Below are positions 63,513-64,000 of a DNA stretch of 64,000 nucleotides, piece by piece. The notes under the pieces were generated by a model. It did no database searches. It saw only the letters and a list, made by a program, of their open reading frames with translations, and was not told the DNA's origin. The DNA lies in assembly GCA_036265815.1 (NCBI GenBank), contig DATAOI010000087.1, positions 6,849 through 70,848 on the forward strand, in the 5' to 3' direction. This stretch comes from Gemmatimonadales bacterium. Lineage in GTDB: Bacteria; Gemmatimonadota; Gemmatimonadetes; Gemmatimonadales; GWC2-71-9. The position numbers and the translations under genes are program-made. How positions within the stretch are numbered: the first letter of the stretch is position 1; each line of letters opens with the position of its first letter.

Positions 63513-63527
63513 TTGACCGATCAGTCA
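63513..63527 (+). promoter_or_regulatory. Second TetR-type operator candidate upstream of the SDR gene
   Basis: TTGACCGATCAGTCA has 6 of 7 palindromic pairs in TGACCGATCAGTCA. It is the same TGAC-N6-GTCA design as 62878-62891 and lies in an AT-richer spacer. Confidence 0.35.
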
Positions 63528-63546
63528 CAAATTAAGGAGACTCCAC

Positions 63547-64000
63547 ATGTCGGACGGATTGCGGATCGAGGGACGGGTGGCCCTGGTGACCGGGGCGAAT
63601 CGGGGAATCGGGCGGGCTATCGTCGAGGCGCTGCTGGAGCGGGGCGCGCGGAAGGTCTATGCGGCCGCTCGGAAGCCGGAGGCGGTGGCCGATCTCGTAG
63701 CGGAGAACGCAGGACGGGTCGTACCGCTTCGGCTCGACATCACCAGCTCCGAGGAGGTGCGGCAGGCGGTCGCGCAGGCCGGCGACATCGATCTGCTGGT
63801 GAACAATGCCGCGATCCTGGGCCATATGGCAGGCGGCTTCGAGGATCCTGTGTGGCTCGACGCGGCCCGGCGGGAGTACGAGACCAACGTGGTCGGCGTG
63901 CTGCAGGTCTCCCAGGCGTTCGCCCCGGTGCTGGCGCGGCAGGGCGGCGGTACGCTGGTCAACGTGAGCTCGGTGGCCGGGTTGGTGGGCATGCCGCTGG
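63547..64000 (+). CDS. Short-chain dehydrogenase/reductase (3' end outside the window)
   Basis: My own translation gives MSDGLRIEGRVALVTGANRGIGRAIVEALL...LLVNNAAI...VNVSSVAG. The SD sequence AAGGAG lies at 63534-63539. The frame is open to the window end. Confidence 0.85.
   Translation, partial: MSDGLRIEGRVALVTGANRGIGRAIVEALLERGARKVYAAARKPEAVADLVAENAGRVVPLRLDITSSEEVRQAVAQAGDIDLLVNNAAILGHMAGGFEDPVWLDAARREYETNVVGVLQVSQAFAPVLARQGGGTLVNVSSVAGLVGMPL

Noticed and set aside
1-64000. Search for CRISPR arrays, rRNA/tRNA genes, and toxin-antitoxin or restriction/defence modules
   Set aside because: No spaced direct-repeat arrays, no tRNA-like cloverleaf candidates in the few intergenic gaps, and no recognisable defence-gene motifs were seen. 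The only tandem repeats are the in-frame HEAT coding repeats.

Overview
This is a GC-rich bacterial chromosomal segment with strong G/C bias at third codon positions. The gene content (BlaR1-like M56 sensor, Ser/Thr kinase with TPR tail, DUF4142, TonB-like paralogues, UPF0182) resembles Gemmatimonadota or Acidobacteriota, but that assignment is only inference. I call about 50 protein-coding genes, several gene relics, a few promoter/operator candidates and four hairpin terminators. I saw no rRNA, tRNA, CRISPR array, transposase or integrase. Most long ORFs in the track are antisense or alternate-frame shadows typical of high-GC DNA and were discarded.

Main points:
1. Positions 1-10992 hold a tightly coupled locus. 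It links tryptophan 2,3-dioxygenase and kynureninase to an aryl-CoA ligase, a FAD-monooxygenase::OYE fusion (the 2-aminobenzoyl-CoA monooxygenase/reductase architecture) and beta-oxidation-type enzymes. It also carries three unusual members: an SDR::RidA fusion, a creatininase-fold hydrolase and an atypical stand-alone OYE. These are candidates for unresolved steps of the CoA-dependent aerobic anthranilate pathway.
2. Positions 15149-21671 hold a BlaI / BlaR1-like operon. The sensor domain is replaced by HEAT repeats, followed by a secreted HEAT-repeat protein and a CBM9/DUF5916 outer-membrane-type protein. The two HEAT proteins share a C-terminal PWPWP-x-P-x-PRPFP tail.
3. Positions 22980-26534 encode a 1184-aa protein with PEPCK-like kinase motifs, possibly a PPi-dependent PEPCK.
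4. Several decayed gene fragments are present, along with a pair of diverged inverted TonB-like paralogues that share promoter architecture.

All functional calls rest on motif recognition by eye. No database search was possible.
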